Assembly (NCBI GenBank): GCA_040754655.1
Contig: JBFMCE010000055.1
Span: 1-25,960 of the forward strand
DNA length: 25,960 nucleotides
Direction: 5' to 3'
Origin: Bdellovibrionota bacterium
GTDB taxonomy: Bacteria; Bdellovibrionota; UBA1018; UBA923
Below are positions 1 to 9,012 of the stretch, one piece after another (positions within the stretch are counted from its first letter, which is position 1; the number at the start of each line of letters is the position of its first letter). Position numbers and translations under genes: made by a program. The notes below the pieces were generated by a model. It was given only the letters and a program-made list of their open reading frames with translations, did not search any database and had not been told where the DNA came from.

Positions 1-219
1 CTATTTAAAAACGGACAAAGTCAAGCTGTGCGTCTGCCAAAAGAATTCAGATTCGAGGGAGACGAAGTTTTCATTCGCAAGATTGGGAATGCTATCGTTC
101 TTCTTCCGCAAGATCATCCTTGGCAGCCTCTACTCACGGCTTTAAGGCAATTTTCCAGTGATTTCATGAAAGAAAGACAGCAGCCTTCGCACCAAAAACG
201 TAAAGGAATCTTCGACTGA
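1..219 (+). CDS. vapB: VapB antitoxin (AbrB/MazE/SpoVT-type), 5'-truncated by window edge
   Basis: Frame 1 is open from base 1: LFKNGQSQAVRLPKEFRFEGDEVFIRKIGNAIVLLP, the typical VapB/VagC N-terminal signature. Its TGA overlaps the ATG of the PIN toxin (TGATG). Confidence 0.93.
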   Translation, partial: LFKNGQSQAVRLPKEFRFEGDEVFIRKIGNAIVLLPQDHPWQPLLTALRQFSSDFMKERQQPSHQKRKGIFD

Positions 220-617
220 TGTATTTGTTAGACACGAATATCTGCATCTACCTCATCAGAGAGCAATCTGAAGCTCTTCTTAAGAACATTCAACGTCATA
301 AAATAACAGAAATCGCGATATCATCCATCACACTTGCCGAACTTCGCTATGGAGTTGAAAAAAGTAGTTATCCGCAAAAGAACTCTGACGCGTTGGACTT
401 ATTTCTCTTGTCGCTCGAAATACTCCCCTTTGACGTAGCTGCCGCTATTGCATACGGAAGGGTTAGGGCAAATCTCGAAAAAAACGGCCGACTCATCGGA
501 CCATTGGATATGATGATTGCGGCCCACGCTCTGAGCATCGACGCAGCCCTCGTCACCAATGATCAAAAAGAATTTTCAAGAGTGAACGGGCTTCGCATTG
601 AGAACTGGACGAAGTGA
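219..617 (+). CDS. vapC: VapC PIN-domain ribonuclease toxin
   Basis: MYLLDTNICIY ... ITLAELRYG ... IGPLDMMIAAHA ... LVTND.KEF.RV.GLRIENW; the acidic PIN residues are retained; translationally coupled to vapB. Confidence 0.96.
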   Translation: MYLLDTNICIYLIREQSEALLKNIQRHKITEIAISSITLAELRYGVEKSSYPQKNSDALDLFLLSLEILPFDVAAAIAYGRVRANLEKNGRLIGPLDMMIAAHALSIDAALVTNDQKEFSRVNGLRIENWTK

Positions 618-639
618 TCAAGTAGTTTCAAGTTTCAGT

Positions 640-1455
640 TGCTTGTCCTTGGACCTCGGGTTACAGAATTTAAGCCGCCTTTTTGCCTGATTTAAGTTTT
701 TCCATGAGCGCCTCGTAAGGCGACTTTCCACCATGTGCCGAATGAGGTCGTTCGAGATTATAAAATCTCTCCCAAGCCTCCAGCTTTTCGTTCAGATCGA
801 CGTCGCCCGTGTACTCGAGAACTTGATAGAATTCTTCTCGATCGATCGGATGAGAGCGTTCCGCCTTCCCGTTGAGCCGGGACGTTACTGGCTTGATATA
901 AACATGCTCAATGCCTTGTCCATTAGGTGCCATCTGAACTGAGATTGGAACTCGTGGCCGTTGTCGGTGCGTACAGTTTTGATACGGAATGGCATTTTTG
1001 CGATGTCTTACTTCTTTTTCATGTTCTTTGGAAGGTGATTCAATCCACTTCGAAGCAATACGCCTCTAACGCCTGTTTCTGAGACTTTGACGCTGTGGTA
1101 GCGCAGCAAGAACCAAGATATTTTCCTGGGGCCAAAGTGATAGGTCCGACGCAGGTAGAGAACTCGATCTTCAATCTCTTTTGGAATTCTGAGCTTCAAG
1201 TTCTGCGGACAAGGCTTGGAGTTTACTAATCCAGGCTCACCAGCTCTTTCATACTTCCTCTTCCACTTGTAGTAAGCCTGCCTCAAAAGACCGAAGTAAC
1301 GGCAAGCTTCGCTGATGTTTCCACACTTCTCGGCATGCTGTGTCAAGTTGAGTTTACGCTGAATGTCAGGCTTCGCTTTTGGATTCATTGGGCATCCTGA
1401 CTAGGTTAGCCAGAATCACAATGCAAATTTGTCACCGGAAGCCCGAAGTTTTACA
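640..1455 (-). mobile_element. Defective IS481-family insertion sequence (~816 bp)
   Basis: Transposase fragments are bounded by imperfect 26-bp inverted repeats: 1430-1455 TGTCACCGGAAGCCCGAAGTTTTACA vs reverse complement of 640-665 TGTAACCCGAGGTCCAAGGACAAGCA (15/26 identical, ending in CA). No target-site duplication seen (flanks ttcagt / gccaat). Confidence 0.8.
670..1388 (-). pseudogene. IS481-family transposase pseudogene
   Basis: N-terminal HTH part (GNISEACRYFG..RQAYYKWKRKY; LYLRRTYHFGP) stops at TAA 1008. The same frame resumes as MPFRIKTVRTDNGHEFQSQFRWHLMD, then a frameshift near 915-922 leads to GIEHVYIKP..RLNGKAERSH..YNLERPHSAHGGKSPYE. The segment carrying the first catalytic Asp appears deleted. 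Confidence 0.9.
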
Positions 1456-1483
1456 GCCAATGCCATTCTAATTTCCTGCTTAA

Positions 1484-1636
1484 AATCCTCGTGGAACCGA
1501 TTGTAAAAAACTATCAACTCTAGAAAGGTATCGTGTCCGTGTCGGAGTGTGCCGAATTCTTTATGAAATTCACGACGATACTCTCATCATCATCATGATC
1601 ATCAAAGTTGCACATCGAAAAGAAGTTTACCGATAG
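1484..1636 (+). pseudogene. relE: RelE/ParE-family toxin, C-terminal remnant
   Basis: Manual translation: NPRGTDCKKLSTLERYRVRVGVCRILYEIHDDTLIIIMIIKVAHRKEVYR*, a typical RelE C-terminal half (YRVRVG.YRI.Y.I.D ... V.HR.EVY). In-frame TAA at 1481; no start codon or N-terminus. Confidence 0.85.
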
Positions 1637-1707
1637 CTTTCTTCTTATCACCCACCGAACTTGGTTCGTTCACCCAATTGAAGTTTTTGGATCCCTTGGG
1701 GATCTTC

Positions 1708-3381
1708 TCAGTTTTCTTCAACGGATTCGCTTAATTTTATTTCTCCGTTGGATTCTAACCGAAACTCATCCCACGAAACGAGGTGAGACGCAGTTTCATC
1801 TCCTTCGCGACGGGTCCTTTCCAATAAAAACGAATAGATTTTCTTCCCATTGAGTTGACACGAAAATCCTTGTTTAGAACAACTGCCGTGAGCAAAGAGA
1901 ACCATATAGCTTTTGACATCACTTATAGCGCCAGTTGCAGATAGGCGGGTCTCTCGTAAGACTTCCAAAGCTCCGAGACTAAAAAAGTAAGGGTCTTGCA
2001 AAGACTTTTCCTTGAATCCTATCGATTGTGCTTCAGACGATGCCAGCCGGAGAAAGTAACGCCTGTCGCTGCTCATCAGGTCTTGATAAACAGTTCGTGT
2101 ATGAGAAGGGGAAACGGAAACAACCGTCATTAACTCATGATCCAAAACTGACAGTTGGCGTAGAAGTTCGGGTTTGATTACCCAGGCATTCTCGCCTTTT
2201 TTCTGTTTTGCGCTTTCAGGAATGTCTTCAAGAAAGATGATTTTTTCACGGATAAAAGCAAAGTTGAGCTCGAAGTTCGTTGGTTTTTCAAAAAAATCTT
2301 CGGGATCTTTAGGGTCTCGAGGTTGCTCAGGAGGTAAAATGTCTTGGTAATTTCGCTTTTGTCGACCTTCAGGAATGTCTGCCCTTCCGAAGCCAAACAG
2401 GGTGGAGTTTATCTTTTGACCCTCCCATTTACCAGATTCTGCCACATAGACCGCTTGAGCATAAGGCTTTGACGACTTTACTTGGCTGCCTTGCAAGGCC
2501 TGAATTTTTGCTTCCAACTTTTCTAGAGGAATCGCAAATCGGTCTGCCGTGGACTTCAGCACGCTTTGCGCGAAAACCTCGATCTTTGTTGGTTCAAGGT
2601 GCTTGCGAAAAACTTCAGTGATCAAAAAGTCGTTGGCATCAACCACCCGGATCGGGGAGTCTAATTCAGCGGTAGCGCCATAATCAACAATGCCTCGCCC
2701 GTTAACCGTGGTCTCAATTCCATAGAGCCGCCACTTCAAATCACTCTCTTTTACGAGAAAACCGGGAAGGATATGCCCCGGAGCATGTATTACGACTCGG
2801 TTGGCATCGATGAACTGCTGCACGGAATGCGTTCTACGGTAGAGGGATTCAAACAGTATTGTCCCGGAATAGCATTGAGCCGCACCGTTCTTAAGAACAT
2901 CGACTAGACTGTCAGCGCTTACCAGGTAATCAAACGAGTTAGGTTTGATGATTGCTTCGAGTTTTATCTCATACGTCGGCTTGAGTCTCGTAATTACCGG
3001 CAGTGATTCCTTCAGCGGTTGTGACAATTCACCAAGAAACTGTTTGAGCTCGTCTTCAGTGACGTTAGCGTTATTCGCATCGTTGTAGTGATTCAAATGG
3101 ATAAGCTCGATTGCTTGAGTAATTTCTGCATAATCTAAAGCAGCATGGTTTTCAATTTTGGCATGGATACTTTTTTCCAGGTCGGTAAGCGCAGCCGTTT
3201 CCTTAAAAGGGATTTCATAAGGGAAATATAGTGCGTTGCTTTCGCTGGATCTCTGCGATGCCAGGGAAGACTTTTCACTTGCGACCTTCTTTTCCTGACC
3301 GCACGCGAGGCCAGACAAAATCGCAACTACGAAAAAGAAATATCGAAACCAAAGTAAATGCATAACCAGCACGCACTTCAT
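1708..3381 (-). CDS. Putative lipoprotein with transglutaminase-like (Cys-His-Glu) domain
   Basis: Long ORF with hydrophobic stretch and lipobox-like SGLA-C. Motifs GAAQCYSGTILF, HAPGHILPG and YGIETT. The track's TTG start at 3420 coincides with a -35 box, so ATG 3381 or 3363 is more likely. Confidence 0.7.
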   Translation of the reverse strand: MKCVLVMHLLWFRYFFFVVAILSGLACGQEKKVASEKSSLASQRSSESNALYFPYEIPFKETAALTDLEKSIHAKIENHAALDYAEITQAIELIHLNHYNDANNANVTEDELKQFLGELSQPLKESLPVITRLKPTYEIKLEAIIKPNSFDYLVSADSLVDVLKNGAAQCYSGTILFESLYRRTHSVQQFIDANRVVIHAPGHILPGFLVKESDLKWRLYGIETTVNGRGIVDYGATAELDSPIRVVDANDFLITEVFRKHLEPTKIEVFAQSVLKSTADRFAIPLEKLEAKIQALQGSQVKSSKPYAQAVYVAESGKWEGQKINSTLFGFGRADIPEGRQKRNYQDILPPEQPRDPKDPEDFFEKPTNFELNFAFIREKIIFLEDIPESAKQKKGENAWVIKPELLRQLSVLDHELMTVVSVSPSHTRTVYQDLMSSDRRYFLRLASSEAQSIGFKEKSLQDPYFFSLGALEVLRETRLSATGAISDVKSYMVLFAHGSCSKQGFSCQLNGKKIYSFLLERTRREGDETASHLVSWDEFRLESNGEIKLSESVEEN

Positions 3382-3391
3382 AAAGAGGTCA

Positions 3392-3420
3392 AGAATAGTA
3401 TAGTTGACTTTTTTTGTCAA
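3392..3420 (-). promoter_or_regulatory. Sigma70-type promoter for the transglutaminase-like lipoprotein gene
   Basis: Minus strand TTGACA (3420-3415), 17-nt spacer, TATTCT (3397-3392). Confidence 0.65.
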
Positions 3421-3424
3421 TAAT
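3400..3424. promoter_or_regulatory. Palindromic operator-like site 1 (TTGAC-N7-GTCAA)
   Basis: ATAGTTGACTTTTTTTGTCAATAAT; overlaps the -35 box and spacer. Confidence 0.55.
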
Positions 3425-3648
3425 TGATCATTTGCAAAAGCTTCTTTAGATGGGCTTGCGGCAAGTGTTGAAAATCAGGTGACTTTAGCGCTCAAACTAA
3501 AAACCACATTTCTTGAGAAACGACTTTCCTTCGAGTCACATGATTTAGAGGCTTCGGATCTTGCTCAAGGTGCGCGCAAAGTGAATCTCAATCCCATGAT
3601 TGTCAGTCTTAAAAATGTAGTGGTTGCGAGTACTAAGAATTTTCGATC

Positions 3649-4809
3649 TCAGTTTGGGGATCGCTTGCCAGGTGCTCGCTGGATAGTATTTTCCATAATA
3701 GTTTCCCAACGCTCTCCAACTTCAAAAACATTGCCTTCAGACAACGCCTCGTTGAATCCATACAGATTTTGAGAAACGTAGTGCAGGACTGATCCATATT
3801 GCTCATGGCTCAATTGTTTCATGATGTCCCTTTTTTTGATTGATTCATACTTTTTGAAAGTCTTTGGATCCATCACGGGTTCCATGCTTAAGACCTCTGC
3901 GTGATAGGCCCGGCTTTCAGTAAAAATCGTAATAAAGCCCCTATCCATGAAAAAAACATCTCCATGTTTTTGAACATAATAATTAAAAAGAGCATCGCTA
4001 GGTAATCCGCGCTCAAGCAATCGTATATTGGCTGTGACCCATTTATCCAGGAGAGCTTTATCAGCACTGTGAGTTGCTTCATGAATCAGATCAGTAATGA
4101 GAGTAAAAACCCTCTTCATATCCGGCTTTAAGATAATAATATTTGGCGCTTTTTTATTATTATCCTTAAGCTTGATAATCTCATTCTTCAAGTCACCTGA
4201 AAGATCGGAGCTTCGTTCATCTGCTCTATTAAAAGCATTTCGAGCCTCAGTAAGATTTGCTTTACCCCCTCCTATTAAAAAGGAAGCTTCTTGATAGGTC
4301 CCTGTCCCAGAGACATCTTCTACAAATTTTTGAACAGGAAGAAACATTGCATCGGCGGAATTTAGCGAGACTTCCGGAGGTAAAACAGCCAAGAGTTCCA
4401 ACTCTCTATTTTCTGCAGATTCAAGGTGTTTCAACGCCTGACCCACTACCGAGCGGCTGTTTTGGAACCGTTTTTTGGTACTTTCAAAGGAGCTTGAGAT
4501 TGCTTCCGCGTCTCGTTTTGGAACTTTGGCGGCTACGAGCAGATTGTATAAATCTTGAGCCCCACCAACTGGCACTCCTATCCGTCCTTTCCAGAAGAAT
4601 AAGGGGTTCTTTTTAATAGTAACTACCGCACTTAAAGCTCGAGTCGACAACGAATCTTCGCACGAAGAAGATCCGATAGTTTTAATTTTGATTGGTAACT
4701 TAGCTGGCCAGGCGGATGAGGGTAAAATGGATAAAGCCCAAAAAAAGAGAACGAGAAAATGGCTACAAGTTCGCTCCATATTAAAAGTCATGGTTGGCAG
4801 TGAAAGCAT
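3649..4809 (-). CDS. Exported putative zinc metallopeptidase (HExxH zincin)
   Basis: Signal-peptide-like N-terminus (start may be ATG 4779). LIHEATHSAD at 4069-4083 plus downstream FTESRAY as candidate third-ligand Glu. Visibly AT-richer than the core genes. Confidence 0.65.
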   Translation of the reverse strand: MLSLPTMTFNMERTCSHFLVLFFWALSILPSSAWPAKLPIKIKTIGSSSCEDSLSTRALSAVVTIKKNPLFFWKGRIGVPVGGAQDLYNLLVAAKVPKRDAEAISSSFESTKKRFQNSRSVVGQALKHLESAENRELELLAVLPPEVSLNSADAMFLPVQKFVEDVSGTGTYQEASFLIGGGKANLTEARNAFNRADERSSDLSGDLKNEIIKLKDNNKKAPNIIILKPDMKRVFTLITDLIHEATHSADKALLDKWVTANIRLLERGLPSDALFNYYVQKHGDVFFMDRGFITIFTESRAYHAEVLSMEPVMDPKTFKKYESIKKRDIMKQLSHEQYGSVLHYVSQNLYGFNEALSEGNVFEVGERWETIMENTIQRAPGKRSPN

Positions 4810-4823
4810 TCGTCATGACATAT

Positions 4824-4852
4824 AATAAGTTGATAAATAAAGTCAACTTATT
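4824..4852. promoter_or_regulatory. Palindromic operator-like site 2
   Basis: Perfect 10-bp inverted repeat AATAAGTTGA-N9-TCAACTTATT just upstream of the zincin gene; core TTGAT-N7-GTCAA. Confidence 0.6.
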
Positions 4853-4970
4853 GGTTTTTGCCCTCTATCCCTCACGACACAAGAAGACGAATTCCGCCTC
4901 AATTCTTGAAAATCATTAGAGTTCAAGGTGGCTATCTAGATTTGTAGGTTCCAGTGGGGGGCTCCCACCC

Positions 4971-5261
4971 TCAGTCATACGCAAACACTTCGGTATCTTC
5001 CACCACGACTCGCGCAAAGGAATTAGTGTCGACGTGTTCAAGTACTTTTTTCAAAGCGGAGCGGGCGCCTTGCTCAGTGCCTGCGCTTAAGGCTAAACCA
5101 ATCACACAGCGCTCAAGATCATCGAAGTCCTCGACCTCGACAGCTGAGATATTGAACTGTTTGTGCAAGTCGCTCAAGAGCTCGGCCATGTTCTGGCGTT
5201 TGGCTTTGATGTTTTGGTTGCCATAAAAGTCGAGAATGATTTTGCCAGCCGCGACAAACAT
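4971..5261 (-). CDS. DUF503 (YlxP-like) protein
   Basis: MFVAAGKIILDF...KAKRQ...L.KQFNISAVEV.D.D..ERCVIGLA matches the DUF503 pattern. ATG 5261 is preceded by AAGGGAG. Confidence 0.85.
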   Translation of the reverse strand: MFVAAGKIILDFYGNQNIKAKRQNMAELLSDLHKQFNISAVEVEDFDDLERCVIGLALSAGTEQGARSALKKVLEHVDTNSFARVVVEDTEVFAYD

Positions 5262-5275
5262 GGTTCGGCTCCCTT

Positions 5276-6211
5276 TTAGATATAAGTGAGCCAAGCCTTG
5301 TGTTTAGAATCGCGCCCGTACACAGTGTCAAAAAACTTTTGTGAAAGTCTTTTGGTGATTGGGCCTGCTTTTCCTTCGCCAATCGTACGGTTGTCGACTT
5401 CGCGGATGGGGGTGATCTCTGCCGCGGTTCCTGTGAAGAAGATCTCTTCCGCGCAATAGAGCTCGTCTCGAGTGAAACGCTGTTCTTCCACGCGCAGTCC
5501 TTCATTGCGAGCAAGTTCAATGACTGTAGCTCGGGTGATGCCGTTCAAGATCGATGTCAGCGGAGTGGTCTTGAGCACGCCATCTTTATAAATGAAAATA
5601 TTTTCTCCGCTGCCTTCTGCGATGTATCCATCGGTGTCTAAGAGAAGGGCTTCATCGTAACCAACACGTTTTACTTCTAGCTTCGCTAAAATTCCGGTGG
5701 TGTATTGGCCAGTGATCTTGCCCTTGCTCATCATCGAATTCACATAGCCGCGAGAAAAGCTTGAGATTTTGATCTTAGCCCCGTTTTCACGCGCATCTCC
5801 GAGATAAGCGCCCCAGAACCAAGTCATGATGGCAACTTCCACCGGAGGTTCAAACCCCGGAAATACGCCAAGAGGGCCATCACCGATATACACGAGCGGT
5901 CGGATGTAGATGCTCTCTTCAAGCCCTGATTTTCGAACGGTTTCGATCGTGGCCTCTGTAAGTTGGGCTTTCGTGTAGGGAATCTTCAATTCGGCGATCT
6001 TGCAAGAGTCGTAAAGACGTTGGATGTGCTCATCCAACCTGAAGATAGCTTTTTTCCCGTCATGGGTCTTGTAGCAGCGAATGCCTTCAAAGGCGCCTAA
6101 GCCATAGTGCAGGGAATGCGTGAAGACGCTGGTCTTTGCTTCTTCGGGCGCGACGAATTTTCCGTTCCACCAAACAACTTTTCCCACCTTACGTTCTGGC
6201 GCCTTCATCAA
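5276..6211 (-). CDS. ilvE: Branched-chain amino acid aminotransferase
   Basis: HSLHYGLGAFEGIRCY, YIRP, KITGQY (PLP lysine), EGSGENIF, ILNGITR, FFTGTAAEITPI. Confidence 0.96.
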   Translation of the reverse strand: MMKAPERKVGKVVWWNGKFVAPEEAKTSVFTHSLHYGLGAFEGIRCYKTHDGKKAIFRLDEHIQRLYDSCKIAELKIPYTKAQLTEATIETVRKSGLEESIYIRPLVYIGDGPLGVFPGFEPPVEVAIMTWFWGAYLGDARENGAKIKISSFSRGYVNSMMSKGKITGQYTTGILAKLEVKRVGYDEALLLDTDGYIAEGSGENIFIYKDGVLKTTPLTSILNGITRATVIELARNEGLRVEEQRFTRDELYCAEEIFFTGTAAEITPIREVDNRTIGEGKAGPITKRLSQKFFDTVYGRDSKHKAWLTYI

Positions 6212-6253
6212 TCAATGACCTCCGTGATTACGCAATTTTTAATTTGGCTGTTT

Positions 6254-7111
6254 TCATTCTCCGGGCGAACTGAGTCCCATCTGCTTTCGCCTGGTGACCA
6301 TCAGCTTGATGATCTCGCTCGCGGTCTCTTCAAGAGCCTTCCCGGTTACGTTGAATACCGGCCAACGCTTGTTCTTTCGATAGAGTTGGTCCGCATATTC
6401 GATTTCCTCGATGACCTTGTCCATGGCAGCGTATTCACCGCCGTCTTCCTGCCCCAACCGCTCTAGCCTTGCTTTTCGGATCAAGGTCAGCGCATCGGGA
6501 TTGATCGTAAGACACACCACTTTTCGCGGATCGACATTGCTGAGCTCTGCCGGCAAGTCGAACCCATTGATGATGGGAACGTTGCAGACCTTCCAACCTT
6601 GGTGGCTCAGATACATCGCTAGTGGCGTCTTGGATGTCCTTGAAATGCCTAAAATGATAATGTCGGCCTTATCTAGTTCAGTCAAGTCGCGGCCATCATC
6701 GTGGCGGATGGTGTACTCCATTGCCTCGATGCGTTTGAAGTAACGGTCATTTACTTGGTGAAACAGGCCTGGCAGCGATTTTGGCGTGAGGTTGAAATAG
6801 CTCGCCATTGCGTTCAGCAAAGGACCCAAGAGATCGATCACGGGAACGTTTTTTTCTGCGGCCTTGGTTGCGATGAAATCGCGCAGCTCTGGCGAGACGA
6901 TCGTATACACGACGAGATCGTGGTGTATCGCCGCATCTTCAAAGATGGCTTCTACCTGAGCTTTGGTGCGGATGTTCTTGTAGCGGGTGAAATAAATTTC
7001 TTTGTCAGAGAACTGAACCATAGCCGCTTTTGTGATCTGAGCCGCGGTTTCGCCAGTGCCATCTGAGAGAACGATTATGCGCAATTCTTTGTTTTGTTGT
7101 GAGTCCATCAA
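6254..7111 (-). CDS. PPDK/PEP synthase regulatory protein (kinase/pyrophosphorylase, DUF299)
   Basis: LSDGTGETA, YFKRIEAMEYTIRHDDG, ADIIILGISRTSKTP, KALEETA. Confidence 0.95.
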   Translation of the reverse strand: MMDSQQNKELRIIVLSDGTGETAAQITKAAMVQFSDKEIYFTRYKNIRTKAQVEAIFEDAAIHHDLVVYTIVSPELRDFIATKAAEKNVPVIDLLGPLLNAMASYFNLTPKSLPGLFHQVNDRYFKRIEAMEYTIRHDDGRDLTELDKADIIILGISRTSKTPLAMYLSHQGWKVCNVPIINGFDLPAELSNVDPRKVVCLTINPDALTLIRKARLERLGQEDGGEYAAMDKVIEEIEYADQLYRKNKRWPVFNVTGKALEETASEIIKLMVTRRKQMGLSSPGE

Positions 7112-7120
7112 TTGTTGCCG

Positions 7121-8077
7121 TCAATTTACTTGATTTTTCGGCCTGCGGCCACTCAAAATCTCGGCGACTGCGTCTACAGCGAGTTTTGCCATTCCTGATC
7201 TCGCTTCCGCCGTGGCACTTCCGATATGAGGCAAGACAAACACCTTGGGATGTGCTCTGAGTCGTGGATTGAGTTTTGGCTCATTCCAGAAGACATCGAG
7301 AGCTGCGCCGCGCAACATTTCCTTATCAAGTGCTCGCAGCAAGGCCTTTTCGTCAATGATTTCTCCTCGCGATGTGTTGATCAGATAACCTCCCCGTTTC
7401 ATTTGATCAAACTGCTTCGGACCAAGAAGTTTTTGTGTTTCGCTGTTGAGCGGGCAATGGACAGAAATAAAGTCAGAGGTCTTTAAAAGCATCTCTAAGC
7501 TTGTCAGTTCAACGAACTGCGGTGCCGGTTTGGTTGAATTGGAACAAGCGCTCACTTTCATCCCAAGAGCGTGCGCCTTTTGCGCTACGGCAAGGCCAAT
7601 TCGACCCAGGCCGATGATTCCAAGCCGCGCCGAAGAGAGTTCGCGTCCTAAAAGAAATTTCGGGTCCCATGCTTTGAACTTCTGCGTGCGCAAGATCTCG
7701 CTTGCTTCCTTGAATCTTCTTGCAGCCGCGAAAATCAATCCGATGGTCAGCTCTGCTGTGGCGTTGGTGAGCACATCAGGCGTGTTGCAAACCGCAATTC
7801 CTCGCTTTGAGCATTCGACGAGATCGATGTTGTTGAAACCCACTCCATAGTTTGAAACGACTTTCAATTCAGGCGCAAGATCTAAGACAGAGCGGTCAAT
7901 GACATCGCTCACAAGCGGGATCAGGGCCCGTGCCCGCTTGAACTGCGCATGTCGCGAGAAGGGTTTCGTATCGCGTTGGCTGCGAATGACGGGCTCGGCC
8001 ACCTTCAGAAGCGCCTGCCAACTCTCAGAGGTCTCAGGCAGCGGCAGCGACCTTGAGATCAAGAGCAAGGGTTTCAT
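7121..8077 (-). CDS. D-2-hydroxyacid dehydrogenase (glyoxylate reductase / D-glycerate dehydrogenase type)
   Basis: GVGFNNID, NTPDVLTNATAEL, GLGRIG, INTSRG, LDVF.NEP, LPHIGSAT. Confidence 0.93.
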   Translation of the reverse strand: MKPLLLISRSLPLPETSESWQALLKVAEPVIRSQRDTKPFSRHAQFKRARALIPLVSDVIDRSVLDLAPELKVVSNYGVGFNNIDLVECSKRGIAVCNTPDVLTNATAELTIGLIFAAARRFKEASEILRTQKFKAWDPKFLLGRELSSARLGIIGLGRIGLAVAQKAHALGMKVSACSNSTKPAPQFVELTSLEMLLKTSDFISVHCPLNSETQKLLGPKQFDQMKRGGYLINTSRGEIIDEKALLRALDKEMLRGAALDVFWNEPKLNPRLRAHPKVFVLPHIGSATAEARSGMAKLAVDAVAEILSGRRPKNQVN

Positions 8078-9012
8078 CGTGAAGATCCCCAGTCGCCCTC
8101 GATTTTTTGAGTAAGCATTTCTTCTTCATGAGGAAGGGTGAACCACTCGATCGGAGAGGGAAAACCTTTGAAAAAAGTCATTTGTTTTTTTGCCAACTGC
8201 CTCGTTGAGATGACGACCCGCTCGCGGCACTCGGGCAAGGTCATCGTACCATCGAGCAGCTGCATGACTTCGTTGTAACCGACGCACGAAAAAGGGCGGG
8301 GTGGTTTTGGGCCAAACTTCGCGAGAAGGTCTTTCGTCTCATTGACGATCCCTTTTGAGAACATGCCATTGGTTCGTTCGATGATGCGTCTCTCAAGGTC
8401 GAGCTTTGGGCGTTTGATCCCATAAATGGCGTAAGCATATGGCAGCGGGTTTTGCAGGGTTCTCTTGGCCAAGAGCTCGCTTACTTTTTCGCCCGTGACC
8501 TCGATGATCTCAAGCGCCCGGATGACGCGGTAGAGGTCGTTGGGGTTCACTTTCTCGGCGTACTCGGCGTCACGTTTCGCGAGCCTTTCATGCAGAGCGG
8601 GTCCTCTTTGTTCGAGCGAGAGATGAGCCACTTCTTTTTCAAGGCGCTCACGAATTTCAGGTTGGGTCGGAGGAGCGTCCCATACTCCGCAGAGCAATGC
8701 CTTCAGGTAAAAACCAGTTCCACCGACGATGAGCACGGGCGTTTTTTTTGCATAGAGTTCATCCAGCAACGGTCTCGCATAACGGACATAGTCGACGGCG
8801 GTGAAGGGTTCGGAGGGATCAATGAGATCAATGCCGTAGTGAGGCACTTGACCGAGCTCTTCCGCAGAAGGCTTAGCCGTACCGATGGTCATCCCCTTGT
8901 ATACGAGCAAAGAATCGCAACTCAAAATGTGCGCGCCGTGTTTTTGCGCAAGCCTTAACGCAAGCTCGCTCTTTCCGGATGCCGTAGGTCCTATAAGGGA
9001 GATGACCTTCAT
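8074..9012 (-). CDS. miaA: tRNA dimethylallyltransferase
   Basis: GPTASGKS, DS..VYKGMTIGTAKP, VGGTGFY, RVIRALE, TRQLAKKQMT. Start at ATG 9012 overlaps the mutL stop (ATGA). Confidence 0.96.
   Translation of the reverse strand: MKVISLIGPTASGKSELALRLAQKHGAHILSCDSLLVYKGMTIGTAKPSAEELGQVPHYGIDLIDPSEPFTAVDYVRYARPLLDELYAKKTPVLIVGGTGFYLKALLCGVWDAPPTQPEIRERLEKEVAHLSLEQRGPALHERLAKRDAEYAEKVNPNDLYRVIRALEIIEVTGEKVSELLAKRTLQNPLPYAYAIYGIKRPKLDLERRIIERTNGMFSKGIVNETKDLLAKFGPKPPRPFSCVGYNEVMQLLDGTMTLPECRERVVISTRQLAKKQMTFFKGFPSPIEWFTLPHEEEMLTQKIEGDWGSSR

Noticed and set aside
618..1707. Integron cassette array (TA cassettes with attC)
   Set aside because: No RYYYAAC...GTTRRRY bounded attC structure seen.
1608..1853. 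81-aa plus-strand ORF
   Set aside because: It overlaps the relE remnant in another frame and the convergent gene's 3' end; no RBS or motifs.
3382..3420. TTG start at 3420 for the 570-aa ORF
   Set aside because: It coincides with a TTGACA-N17-TATTCT promoter; downstream ATGs give a more normal signal peptide.
4954..4968. GTGGG...CCCAC hairpin after DUF503 as a terminator
   Set aside because: Short stem with no U-tract on the coding strand; the GATCCC-TTG-GGGATC hairpin near 1690 is equally weak.
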